DNA of 64,000 nt from positions 399 through 64,398 of the forward strand of contig JAJDUM010000055.1 in the NCBI GenBank assembly GCA_022826645.1, read 5' to 3'. The DNA comes from Candidatus Poribacteria bacterium (GTDB taxonomy: Bacteria > Poribacteria > WGA-4E > PCPOR2b). Position 1 is the first letter of the stretch, and each line of letters opens with the position of its first letter. Below the pieces are notes generated by a model that was not told the origin of the DNA, ran no database searches, and saw only the letters and a program-made list of their open reading frames with translations. Made by a program: the position numbers and the translations under genes. Shown piece by piece: positions 8,298 through 15,882 of the stretch.

Positions 8298-8677
8298 TTC
8301 AAATGAACGCCTCAGTCGTTTTGTACTGAGCAGAAGTGAGTTTCGGCCGTCTGATCAGACCGTTAAGCCTAAAGCATTTGTCCCACCAAAAAACAAAAGA
8401 GGTTCATGTTAAGAAAGCGTGCAACAGCAACTGAATCTTCGTAGGGGTTGGGTTCCCCAACCCTTACGGGCTGCGGGCGGGGAGACCCCGCCCCTACGAT
8501 TTCGATTCGCGTTTTGCGCTTTCTTTTTACATAAGCCACAAAAGATTGTCCGTTTACCGCACTTCAACACTGACCGAAGACGAGGTTTGGTCCATTGGTA
8601 ATGAGTTCGTCGCTCAACCGAGGGGTAGAACCTTGTACGGCCGATCGGATCTTTTTGATATTATACCGTTAGAATAA
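8287..8677 (+). pseudogene. Small gene of unknown function split by a MITE insertion
   Basis: ATG 8287 gives MIIDSNERLSRFVLSRSEFRPSDQTVKPKAFVPPKNKR, then runs into the insertion (stop 8410-8412). Coding resumes at 8546 in another frame: LSVYRTSTLTEDEVWSIGNEFVAQPRGRTLYGRSDLFDIIPLE*. Removing 145 bp (element plus one TSD copy) restores one frame. Confidence 0.6.
8401..8537. mobile_element. 137-bp MITE with ~20-bp terminal inverted repeats and 8-bp target-site duplication
   Basis: Left end GGTTCATGTTAAGAAAGCG; reverse complement of the right end GGCTTATGTAAAAAGAAAGCG; flanking direct repeat ACAAAAGA at 8393-8400 and 8538-8545; the interior holds two GC-rich hairpins. Confidence 0.65.
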
Positions 8678-8689
8678 AAGGGGAACATC

Positions 8690-8920
8690 ATGCAAAGAGT
8701 ATCTCTACAACAACAAGCGGTAGAGCTAATAGAACAACTTTCGACAGAAAAACTGAAAGCAGTCATTGACTATCTGAGCTATCTGCAAGATAAAGAAGCG
8801 TGGGAGGCGACCCAAGAATTAATGGGCGATCCAGAAATCGCTAAGAGCTTAAAACGTGCAGAAGCGGATGTGAAAGCAGGAAGGCTAAAGCGTTGGGAGG
8901 ATGTTAGACAGGACGTTTGA
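8690..8920 (+). CDS. Type II antitoxin-like protein (DUF2281/Phd-YefM-like)
   Basis: 76-aa ORF with a GGGGAA ribosome-binding site; N-terminus paralogous to ORF 7680; C-terminus ...ATQELMGDPEIAKSLKRAEADVKAGRLKRWEDV is typical of small antitoxins; it overlaps a toxin-like start downstream. Confidence 0.6.
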   Translation: MQRVSLQQQAVELIEQLSTEKLKAVIDYLSYLQDKEAWEATQELMGDPEIAKSLKRAEADVKAGRLKRWEDVRQDV

Positions 8921-8960
8921 TGTACAACTCACTAATGAGGCAGCGACACATTTATGTTAA
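8901..8960 (+). pseudogene. Truncated RelE/ParE-like toxin remnant (19 codons)
   Basis: GGAGG then ATG 8901 gives MLDRTFDVQLTNEAATHLC*, overlapping the antitoxin stop as in TA operons. The reading frame ends where a MITE-type terminal sequence (TTATGTTAAAA) begins. Confidence 0.4.
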
Positions 8961-8999
8961 AATAATGATCACATATTGACTGGAGAGCGATTAGGGCGT

Positions 9000-9294
9000 G
9001 TTGACATTTCTAAAGCTATCCGCAATCGTAGGGGCGAGGTTCCCTCGCCCATCGAACAATGTGGGTTGGAAAACCCAAACCATACAGGTTGAATCAATGG
9101 TAGATTGTAGGTCGAGATTCATATCTCGACGCTGAAGCGTCAATTTTGGAAAAATCGACCTACAGAAACCCGATCTCATTCGTGGTCTCGGAACGGACCC
9201 TGACGTGTGAACAAAGGGTTGGGAAACCCAACCCCTACGAAGAATCATGTGTTTGTGCGCCCTCTTGATTGTCTGGTTGCAATGAAATGTCAAC
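9000..9294. repeat. Composite palindromic element bounded by 11-bp inverted repeats (GTTGACATTTC / GAAATGTCAAC)
   Basis: Inverted repeats at 9000-9010 and 9284-9294. The interior holds at least 4 hairpin units (GGGCGAGG-ttc-CCTCGCCC 9032-9050; GTCGAGAT-tcat-ATCTCGAC 9111-9130; GGGTTGGGAAACCCAACCC about 9213). Confidence 0.5.
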
Positions 9295-9400
9295 AGAACC
9301 TAGCTGTAATCCTGAGCCTCCTGATTCAGACAATATGCGTGCCTCTACATAAACACACCACCTCACTAAAACGCACTAAAACGCACACTCAGATAAAAAA

Positions 9401-9539
9401 TATGTGAGGATATGTGATAATACATGAGGATATGTGACATCCTCATCAAGATCAAAGCTAATGCTCATCAACGTCCTGCGACCAGACTTACGAAAATATG
9501 CAAAATATGTGAGAATATGTGACATATTGTGACATCAGG
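9401..9539. repeat. Two clusters of 10-bp phased direct repeats (TGAGGATATG / TGAGAATATG type)
   Basis: Cluster 1 at 9401-9444 (tatgtgagga|tatgtgataa|tacatgagga|tatgtgacat); cluster 2 at 9499-9539 (tgagaatatg|tgacatattg|tgacatcagg); hairpin ATGAGGAT-n7-ATCCTCAT at 9424-9446. Confidence 0.6.
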
Positions 9540-9604
9540 GCGATAAATCGCCCGTCCGGACGCGCAATGAATTGCGCTACTACGAACTGAAGGGTGTAAC
9601 TCCT
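9483..9604. mobile_element. Degenerate short copy of the AGGACTTACGC-type MITE family
   Basis: Ends are CAGACTTACG... and ...GTGTAACTCCT (compare AGGA[C/G]TTACGC / GCGTAAGTCCT). The interior holds the hairpins GGCGATAAATCGCC and GCGCAATgaATTGCGC. Confidence 0.35.
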
Positions 9605-9815
9605 ATATTTCTTAACATGAGCGAACATATTTACGGTCCTTAAAATAAGGAGTGCAGTTTCCTCCCCGCTAAAAGCAACTGATGAGAGGGGAAGAAAGTG
9701 GGCAAAGACAATCGCGTGTTTCCGTTGTTTTTCCCGCTTTCAGTTTTACGCCCCCTCATACTTTCTTACTTACAGTCTTTAAGGTAAGAACGGGGTTTCC
9801 ACTGCGAAGATTTTG

Positions 9816-10424
9816 ATGAAGATTGCAGTATTAGCCTCCGGCAGCGGCACCAATTTACAGGCATTAATCGACCAACTCCACCATGACGAAAATAGTGGGG
9901 TTGAAATCGCTGTAGTGATTAGTGACCGAAGAAAGGCTTACGCGCTCACCCGTGCCGAGGAAGTGGGTATTCCCACCCGTGTGGTGAGGGTGCGAGATTT
10001 TCCGGATCGGGATGCGTTTGATACGGGAATTTCAGAAATCCTTGACGGATATGGCGTGGAGCTAATCGTTCTGGCGGGTTTTATGAAGTTGTTCCAACCG
10101 GCGTTTGTGCGGAAGTATCGGAACCGTATCATCAATATCCATCCCTCCCTACTGCCCGCGTTTCAGGGGGCGCACGCAGTACCCGATACGCTGGCGTATG
10201 GCGTTAAGGTCAGCGGTGTGAGCGTTTTTTTTGTGGATGAAGGGATGGATACGGGACCTATCATCGCCCAAGCCTCGGTGCCTGTATTCGACGATGATAA
10301 TGAAAAAAGCCTGCTCAAGCGGATTCATATTGAAGAACATAAACTGTATCCACAGGTCGTTCGATGGTACGCTGAAGGCAAAATCGAAATTGTTGACAGA
10401 AAGGTCTTGGTAAAGGGTTCGTGA
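9816..10424 (+). CDS. purN: Phosphoribosylglycinamide formyltransferase
   Basis: MKIAVLASGSGTNLQALID N-terminus; NIHPSLLPAFQG motif; length about 200 aa. Confidence 0.9.
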   Translation: MKIAVLASGSGTNLQALIDQLHHDENSGVEIAVVISDRRKAYALTRAEEVGIPTRVVRVRDFPDRDAFDTGISEILDGYGVELIVLAGFMKLFQPAFVRKYRNRIINIHPSLLPAFQGAHAVPDTLAYGVKVSGVSVFFVDEGMDTGPIIAQASVPVFDDDNEKSLLKRIHIEEHKLYPQVVRWYAEGKIEIVDRKVLVKGS

Positions 10425-10425
10425 G

Positions 10426-11361
10426 ATGATAGCAATTTCGACGATGTGGAACGCGCTGAGGCAGCCTGATGGCGCTGCACTGCTTGACGAAATCAAGGAG
10501 CTTGGATTTGATGCCATCGAACTCAGCCGACACCTGACGCGGGGACAGGTTGAGCAGATTAAGCCTCACTTGGCGACGACACAGATCTGTTCTATCCACA
10601 ACTTTTGTCCCGTTCTGTTCGATCTTCCGCAATCACAGGCGGAGACTGATCCCGTTCACTTAGCAAGTTTGGATGCGGATGCGCGGAACGAAGCGGTTAA
10701 ACAAACGATTCAGACGATGGAGCTGGCAGTCGAACTCGAAGTCCCCACCGTTGTGCTTCACTTAGGTGAGGTGGATACCTACGATCGCTCCTATCTGATG
10801 TACGATTTCTACGAATATGGCGAGCGGGAGTTTGAGGCATTCGGGGCAAAGGTTGAGGAAGCCACTGAGTGGCGTAAACGCAAGGAGGCGAAGCATCAAG
10901 ACGCTGTGCTGTTTAGCCTTGATAGACTGAACGAGATGGCTTTGCGGTTGGAGGTCTACTTGGCGATCGAGAACCGTCCGCGTTACCATCAAATCCCCAA
11001 TTTTGACGAGGTCGGGTTGTTCTTGGAGAAGTTCGAGGGGAGCAATATGCGGTATTGGCACGATGTCGGACATGCCATGCTTCAGGAGCGGGTGGGACTC
11101 TGTTGGTCGCATCGCTGGTTGGAGAATTATATAGACCATCTGATCGGTGTGAACTTGCACGATCTCAAGGACCTTGAAGCGTACCACCCGCCGGGATCTG
11201 GGGACCTTGATTTCCAGGAAATCTTAGCGCGGATTCCACCGGATACGCCAACTGTTTTGGAGGTCCGTGATGCGCCAGCGGAGCAGCTTATTGAGGTGCG
11301 GGAAGAGTGGCAATTGTGGAGTAGACCTGAACAACCGGATGGAGAAGAGGGACGCAGTTAG
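10426..11361 (+). CDS. Sugar phosphate isomerase/epimerase (xylose isomerase-like TIM barrel)
   Basis: 311-aa ORF; motifs LAIENRP...YWHDVGHA are typical of the AP_endonuc_2 fold; start is 1 nt after the purN stop. Confidence 0.7.
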   Translation: MIAISTMWNALRQPDGAALLDEIKELGFDAIELSRHLTRGQVEQIKPHLATTQICSIHNFCPVLFDLPQSQAETDPVHLASLDADARNEAVKQTIQTMELAVELEVPTVVLHLGEVDTYDRSYLMYDFYEYGEREFEAFGAKVEEATEWRKRKEAKHQDAVLFSLDRLNEMALRLEVYLAIENRPRYHQIPNFDEVGLFLEKFEGSNMRYWHDVGHAMLQERVGLCWSHRWLENYIDHLIGVNLHDLKDLEAYHPPGSGDLDFQEILARIPPDTPTVLEVRDAPAEQLIEVREEWQLWSRPEQPDGEEGRS

Positions 11362-11667
11362 AAATATAAAACATAAGATAAACGAGGTAACTCGAAAACA
11401 TGTGGCTATTCCGATACACCAATTTTAGCCCAAACTCCCCCGTAAAGGCTACAACGAAACGATTTTTTGCTTGGCATCGTTGATGCATATAGACTTCATG
11501 GATCTGTTCTGAGTAATTTATTTTACAGATTGGCGTGGGGTTAAACGGAAGAACAAGGTTCGCGGAATATCGGGGTAATGCTTCAAAATATGAAATCATA
11601 TTACATGATCCCCTCCTCTCAACCTACGCCTAATTAAAAACAGGTTTCTACGTTAGGAGAATTCATC

Positions 11668-12933
11668 ATGGATAGACTAATCATCAACGGTGGCAAGCAG
11701 CTTGAAGGTGCAATTTCAGTCAGTGGATCCAAAAATGCAACGCTTCCTATTGCTGTTGCGGCATCGATTTTGGCAGATAGTTCCAGCGTTATTCACAACG
11801 TTCCCAATCTGAATGATATTGATAGTCTATGTGCAGTGCTTGAGGTGCTCGGGGCGACAACGAAGCTTGAAAACTCGACACTCTATATCGAGCCAGGAGA
11901 TCGGGTCGCTTACGAAGCTCCCTACGACCTCGTCCGGAAGATGCGGGCATCAATTTATGTGCTGGGTCCCCTTGTTGCGCGTTTAGGCATGGCAAAGGTC
12001 TCCTTCCCCGGTGGTTGTGCCATCGGTCCGCGCCCGGTAGACTTGCATCTGAAAGGGTTGCAACAACTTGGTGCAGACATTGAGGTTGACAGTGGTTATA
12101 TCATAGCACAGGCGGATCGGTTAGCGGGTACAGAGATGTATCTGAGAGGTCCGCACGGCTCCAGCGTCGGTGCAACTGCGAATGTCATGATGGCTGCAAC
12201 GTTGGCGGAAGGCACAACAATAATTCGCGGTGCTGCCTGCGAACCGGAGGTTGCTGATCTCGCGAACTTCCTGAACGCGATGGGTGCAGACATTGAAGGG
12301 ATTGGCACTTCCAGCTTGACGATACAGGGTGTACGACAGCTTCACGGCACGGAGTATACCGTCATACCAGATCGCATCGAAGCGGGGACATTCATGGTTG
12401 CAGGTGCGATCACAAAGGGAGACGTTTTTGTGAAAGACGCCCCCGCTCAACACCTCGGCGCGACCTCCGAAAAATTAATTGAGGTGGGTGTTCAATTGGA
12501 TTGGGCGGATGATGGAGTCCGGGTGAGTGCGCCCGGGGAACTCCATGCGGTCAATATTGCCACTGATACATATCCGGGCTTTCCCACGGACATGCAGGCT
12601 CAGATGATGGGGCTTCTCAGTATCGCGCAAGGGGTTAGCAATATTACGGAAGGCATCTACTTAGATCGCTTCATGCACGCGAGCGAGCTCAATCGAATGG
12701 GAGCAGATATTCGCGTTGAAGGAAATCATGCAGTGGTACGCGGTAAGCCGAGACTCAGTGGTGCGCCTGTTATGGCGTCGGATCTCCGTGCGGGTGCGGT
12801 CCTTGTCCTTGCCGGTATGGCAGCGGTGGGCGAAACGGCTGTTTCACGCATCTATCATATCGATCGTGGGTACGAAGGTATTGAGAAGAAATTAGCGGGT
12901 ATCGGGGCGGATATCGTCCGGGTGAGGGATTAA
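11668..12933 (+). CDS. murA: UDP-N-acetylglucosamine 1-carboxyvinyltransferase
   Basis: 421 aa; MDRLIINGGKQLEGAISVSGSKNATLPI...; active-site loop GGCAIGPRPVDLHL. Confidence 0.95.
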   Translation: MDRLIINGGKQLEGAISVSGSKNATLPIAVAASILADSSSVIHNVPNLNDIDSLCAVLEVLGATTKLENSTLYIEPGDRVAYEAPYDLVRKMRASIYVLGPLVARLGMAKVSFPGGCAIGPRPVDLHLKGLQQLGADIEVDSGYIIAQADRLAGTEMYLRGPHGSSVGATANVMMAATLAEGTTIIRGAACEPEVADLANFLNAMGADIEGIGTSSLTIQGVRQLHGTEYTVIPDRIEAGTFMVAGAITKGDVFVKDAPAQHLGATSEKLIEVGVQLDWADDGVRVSAPGELHAVNIATDTYPGFPTDMQAQMMGLLSIAQGVSNITEGIYLDRFMHASELNRMGADIRVEGNHAVVRGKPRLSGAPVMASDLRAGAVLVLAGMAAVGETAVSRIYHIDRGYEGIEKKLAGIGADIVRVRD

Positions 12934-12949
12934 ACAGTCCGTAGAGACT

Positions 12950-14272
12950 TTGATAAGAAATGAGGAATTTTCTGTGATCGCCATTCTTGATGCCTGTTCG
13001 GACGAAGCAGCAGCTTTTATCGACAAACTGAATCAGCGTGGGGGATTAGAGGATCCAAACATTCTGAGGACTGTCCGTAGGACCCTGCAAGATGTCCAAA
13101 GAGATGGCGATCGAGCTGTCATTAAGTATACGCGCAAGCTTGACGCTCCACGGATCTCTGTGGAAGAGTTACGGGTTACAGATATAGAGATTGATGACGC
13201 TGCATCGCAGGTTGATTCAGAGTTTCACGATGCAATTGGTCTGGCGCGAACGAACATTGAGCGGTTTCATCAGAAGCAACTACGGAATTCATGGCTATCC
13301 ACCGAAGCGGATGGCGTCGTTTTAGGGCACATCATCCGTCCGTTAAGACGGGTCGGTGTATGTGTCCCATCTGTGAGTCAACTGTTGGTTTCTTCGCTGA
13401 TAATGAATCTTGTTCCCGCGAAGATCGCGGGTGTTGAGGAGATTGCGGTCTTCATGGGTCCGATGCGAAATCGGAAGATTGACCCGCACATGCTTGTCGC
13501 TGCGGCGGCATGCGGCGTCCGCGAGATTTACAAGTGCGGTGGTGCACAAGCGGTCGCTGCGATGGCTTATGGAACGGACACCATCCCGAAAGTTGATAAA
13601 ATCGTGGGTCCGGGCAATCTGTATGTCCAACTTGCGAAGAAAGAGGTCTACGGTCCCGTCGATATCGATAAATTAGCGGGTCCGAGCGAAGTCCTTATTA
13701 TTGCCGACCACACCGCAAATCCCGCCTATGTTGCAGCAGACCTTATCTCACAAGCGGAACACAGCGAGGAATGTTCTGCCATCCTCATCACAACATCAAG
13801 AGAAGTCGCGGAGCAAGTTTATACAGAGATTGAAGGACAAGCGCAAAAACTCCCCCGCCAATCTGAGCTGACCGGTGCTTTTGAAAACTACGGGGTGGCG
13901 TTCATCGTCCCAGATTTAGCCGAAGCGGTCGAGATCACCAACGAAATCGCCCCTGAACATGTCGAGTTAGAGGTAGAAAATCCAATCGAGTGGGTCGGTG
14001 CCATCCGTAATGCGGGAGCGATTATGCTGGGACCTTACACCCCCGAATCTGTTGGCGACTACATCGCCGGTCCCAGTCACATCCTGCCTACAGGCGGAGC
14101 AGCGAAATACGCATCGCCGTTGAGTGTTGATGATTTCTTGAAAAAGACAAGTGTTATCTCCTACACCAAAACCGCCTTAGAAAAGGTCACGCCGGCTGTC
14201 GTCAAACTCGCCCAGATTGAGGGACTTCAAGGACATGCGGAGGCGATGAAAATCCGATCTAATAAACATTAG
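12950..14272 (+). CDS. hisD: Histidinol dehydrogenase (start TTG 12950 or GVG 12974 uncertain)
   Basis: 440 aa; motifs GGAQAVAAMAYGT, GPGNLYV, SQAEHSE, APEHVEL. Confidence 0.9.
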   Translation: MIRNEEFSVIAILDACSDEAAAFIDKLNQRGGLEDPNILRTVRRTLQDVQRDGDRAVIKYTRKLDAPRISVEELRVTDIEIDDAASQVDSEFHDAIGLARTNIERFHQKQLRNSWLSTEADGVVLGHIIRPLRRVGVCVPSVSQLLVSSLIMNLVPAKIAGVEEIAVFMGPMRNRKIDPHMLVAAAACGVREIYKCGGAQAVAAMAYGTDTIPKVDKIVGPGNLYVQLAKKEVYGPVDIDKLAGPSEVLIIADHTANPAYVAADLISQAEHSEECSAILITTSREVAEQVYTEIEGQAQKLPRQSELTGAFENYGVAFIVPDLAEAVEITNEIAPEHVELEVENPIEWVGAIRNAGAIMLGPYTPESVGDYIAGPSHILPTGGAAKYASPLSVDDFLKKTSVISYTKTALEKVTPAVVKLAQIEGLQGHAEAMKIRSNKH

Positions 14273-14390
14273 GACGGGTTCGACGTCAAACGCTAACGGT
14301 TGGAAGAGGAGGGAGCGGGGAAACCTTCCGATTATCTACCCCTTGAACCCCCTGCCTCCCGTTTCAAGCATCACGTAGAGGAGATCCTGC

Positions 14391-15119
14391 ATGTTACCCC
14401 TCCGGCTTGTCTGTGCGACCATCTATACCGGCTTCCTTGCTATCGCCGGCACGGAATCGGACCAACCCAATTCTAAAGTGAATGATCTCCTTGTCACAAC
14501 CTTTTCGATTGTGGGGCGTGATCCGGAGAATGGAGATCTTGGGGTTGCCGTTCAGTCGAAGTTTTTCGCTGTGGGTGCTGTTGTCCCTTGGGCAAAGGCG
14601 GGTGTCGGTGCGGTGGCGACCCAATCGTGGACAAATACGACGTATGGATCGAAAGGGTTGGAACTTCTGGAAAACGGACTCTCTGCCCAACAAACATTGG
14701 ATCGCCTAATTGCCGAGGACGATGGAAGATCACAGCGTCAGGTCGGAATTATTGATGCAGATGGCAACGTCGCGAATCACACCGGTGGTGAATGTCTCGA
14801 ATGGGCGGGCGCACGTAGCGGTGAAAATTACACGGCGCAGGGCAACTTGCTTGCTGGCGAAGCGGTCGTTGACGCGATGGCTGAGGCATTTGAGGAAACA
14901 GACGGGGAACTGGCAGAGAAACTGATGGCAGCACTCATCGCGGGGCAGGAGAACGGGGGAGACCGCCGGGGGCAGCAGGCGGCCGCGTTACTTGTTGTAC
15001 GTGATGGGGGAGGAGAGGGCGGTTTTAATGATCGGTATATCGACTTGCGAGTTGATGACCATAAGCAGCCAATTAAAGAGCTGCATCGTCTGCTGAAGAT
15101 ACAGTTAAGTATGCGATGA
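14391..15119 (+). CDS. DUF1028 family (Ntn-hydrolase fold) protein with N-terminal extension
   Basis: TFSIVGRDPENGDLGVAVQSKFFAVGAVVPWAKAGVGAVATQS is the characteristic DUF1028 N-terminus; it is preceded by a ~36-aa hydrophobic leader. Confidence 0.75.
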   Translation: MLPLRLVCATIYTGFLAIAGTESDQPNSKVNDLLVTTFSIVGRDPENGDLGVAVQSKFFAVGAVVPWAKAGVGAVATQSWTNTTYGSKGLELLENGLSAQQTLDRLIAEDDGRSQRQVGIIDADGNVANHTGGECLEWAGARSGENYTAQGNLLAGEAVVDAMAEAFEETDGELAEKLMAALIAGQENGGDRRGQQAAALLVVRDGGGEGGFNDRYIDLRVDDHKQPIKELHRLLKIQLSMR

Positions 15120-15174
15120 GATTATGGAAATATAAAGTTGTTGGTATGTACTTAAATTTGTAACGATTCTCCAC

Positions 15175-15810
15175 ATGAAAAAAGCACTATCCCCTGTAGC
15201 CTTTGGGCGAATTGACGAAACCGATGATCACCTGTTTTATGCAGAACCGCGTATCGTCACCCATATTGACGACAACGCGATCGCCGCGATCCAGGACTTT
15301 TTTGATCGAACCCTTCCGAGAAATGCTGTCATATTAGACCTCATGAGCAGTGCCTTTTCTCACCTCCCCGAAGGATTTCCTACTGAACGCATGGTCGGAT
15401 TGGGCTTAAACGCGGTGGAACTCCAAGTCAATCCGGTGCTTGATGAATACGTAATTCATGACCTCAATGCCAATCCAACCCTCCCGTTTGACGATGGAGA
15501 ATTTGCGGCGGTAATCATGACTGTTTCGATGCAGTATCTAACGAAGCCGGTCGAGGTTTTTCGTGAGGTGCATCGCATTCTTCAGTTAGATGGTCAGTTT
15601 ATCGTCATTTTCTCGAATCGTCTATTCCCAACGAAAGCGGTGTACATCTGGCGTGTAACCTCTGATGCTGAACACGCAGAATTGGTGCAGCACTATTTCT
15701 GTTTAGCGGGTGGCTATGCGAAGATCACCTTTTTGGATTGCACCCCACAGACCGATGAGTATACGGATCCGGTGTATATCGTTATGGCGAATAAGGGCGA
15801 GGTCCCTTAG
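15175..15810 (+). CDS. Class I SAM-dependent methyltransferase
   Basis: 211 aa; ILDLMSS...LPFDDGEFAAVIMTVSMQYLTKPVEVFREVHRILQLDGQFIV (Methyltransf_11-like). Confidence 0.7.
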   Translation: MKKALSPVAFGRIDETDDHLFYAEPRIVTHIDDNAIAAIQDFFDRTLPRNAVILDLMSSAFSHLPEGFPTERMVGLGLNAVELQVNPVLDEYVIHDLNANPTLPFDDGEFAAVIMTVSMQYLTKPVEVFREVHRILQLDGQFIVIFSNRLFPTKAVYIWRVTSDAEHAELVQHYFCLAGGYAKITFLDCTPQTDEYTDPVYIVMANKGEVP

Positions 15811-15882
15811 ATGCGGCAGACAAGAAACATCTTTTACATTCGATGATTTCGTGAAACTATAACGAAAGGAGAATTTTGAATC

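Noticed and set aside
8419-9407. ORFs 8419-8601 (+), 8991-9293 (-) and 9207-9407 (+)
   Set aside because: They lie entirely within MITE or palindromic repeat DNA. Their translations are Arg/Pro/Gly-rich read-through of GC hairpins, and they have no ribosome-binding sites.
9623-9815. Riboswitch (ZTP or purine class) in the purN leader
   Set aside because: I could not find the conserved ZTP (…CCGCCTGGGCA-type) or purine riboswitch core sequences or a convincing fold by eye. A covariance-model scan would be needed to be sure.
11288-11599. 103-aa minus-strand ORF between the TIM-barrel gene and murA
   Set aside because: It overlaps the 3' end of the + strand gene by ~70 nt and has no recognisable family and an odd composition. 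I cannot exclude a small gene or ncRNA in the 300-nt gap, but nothing supports one.
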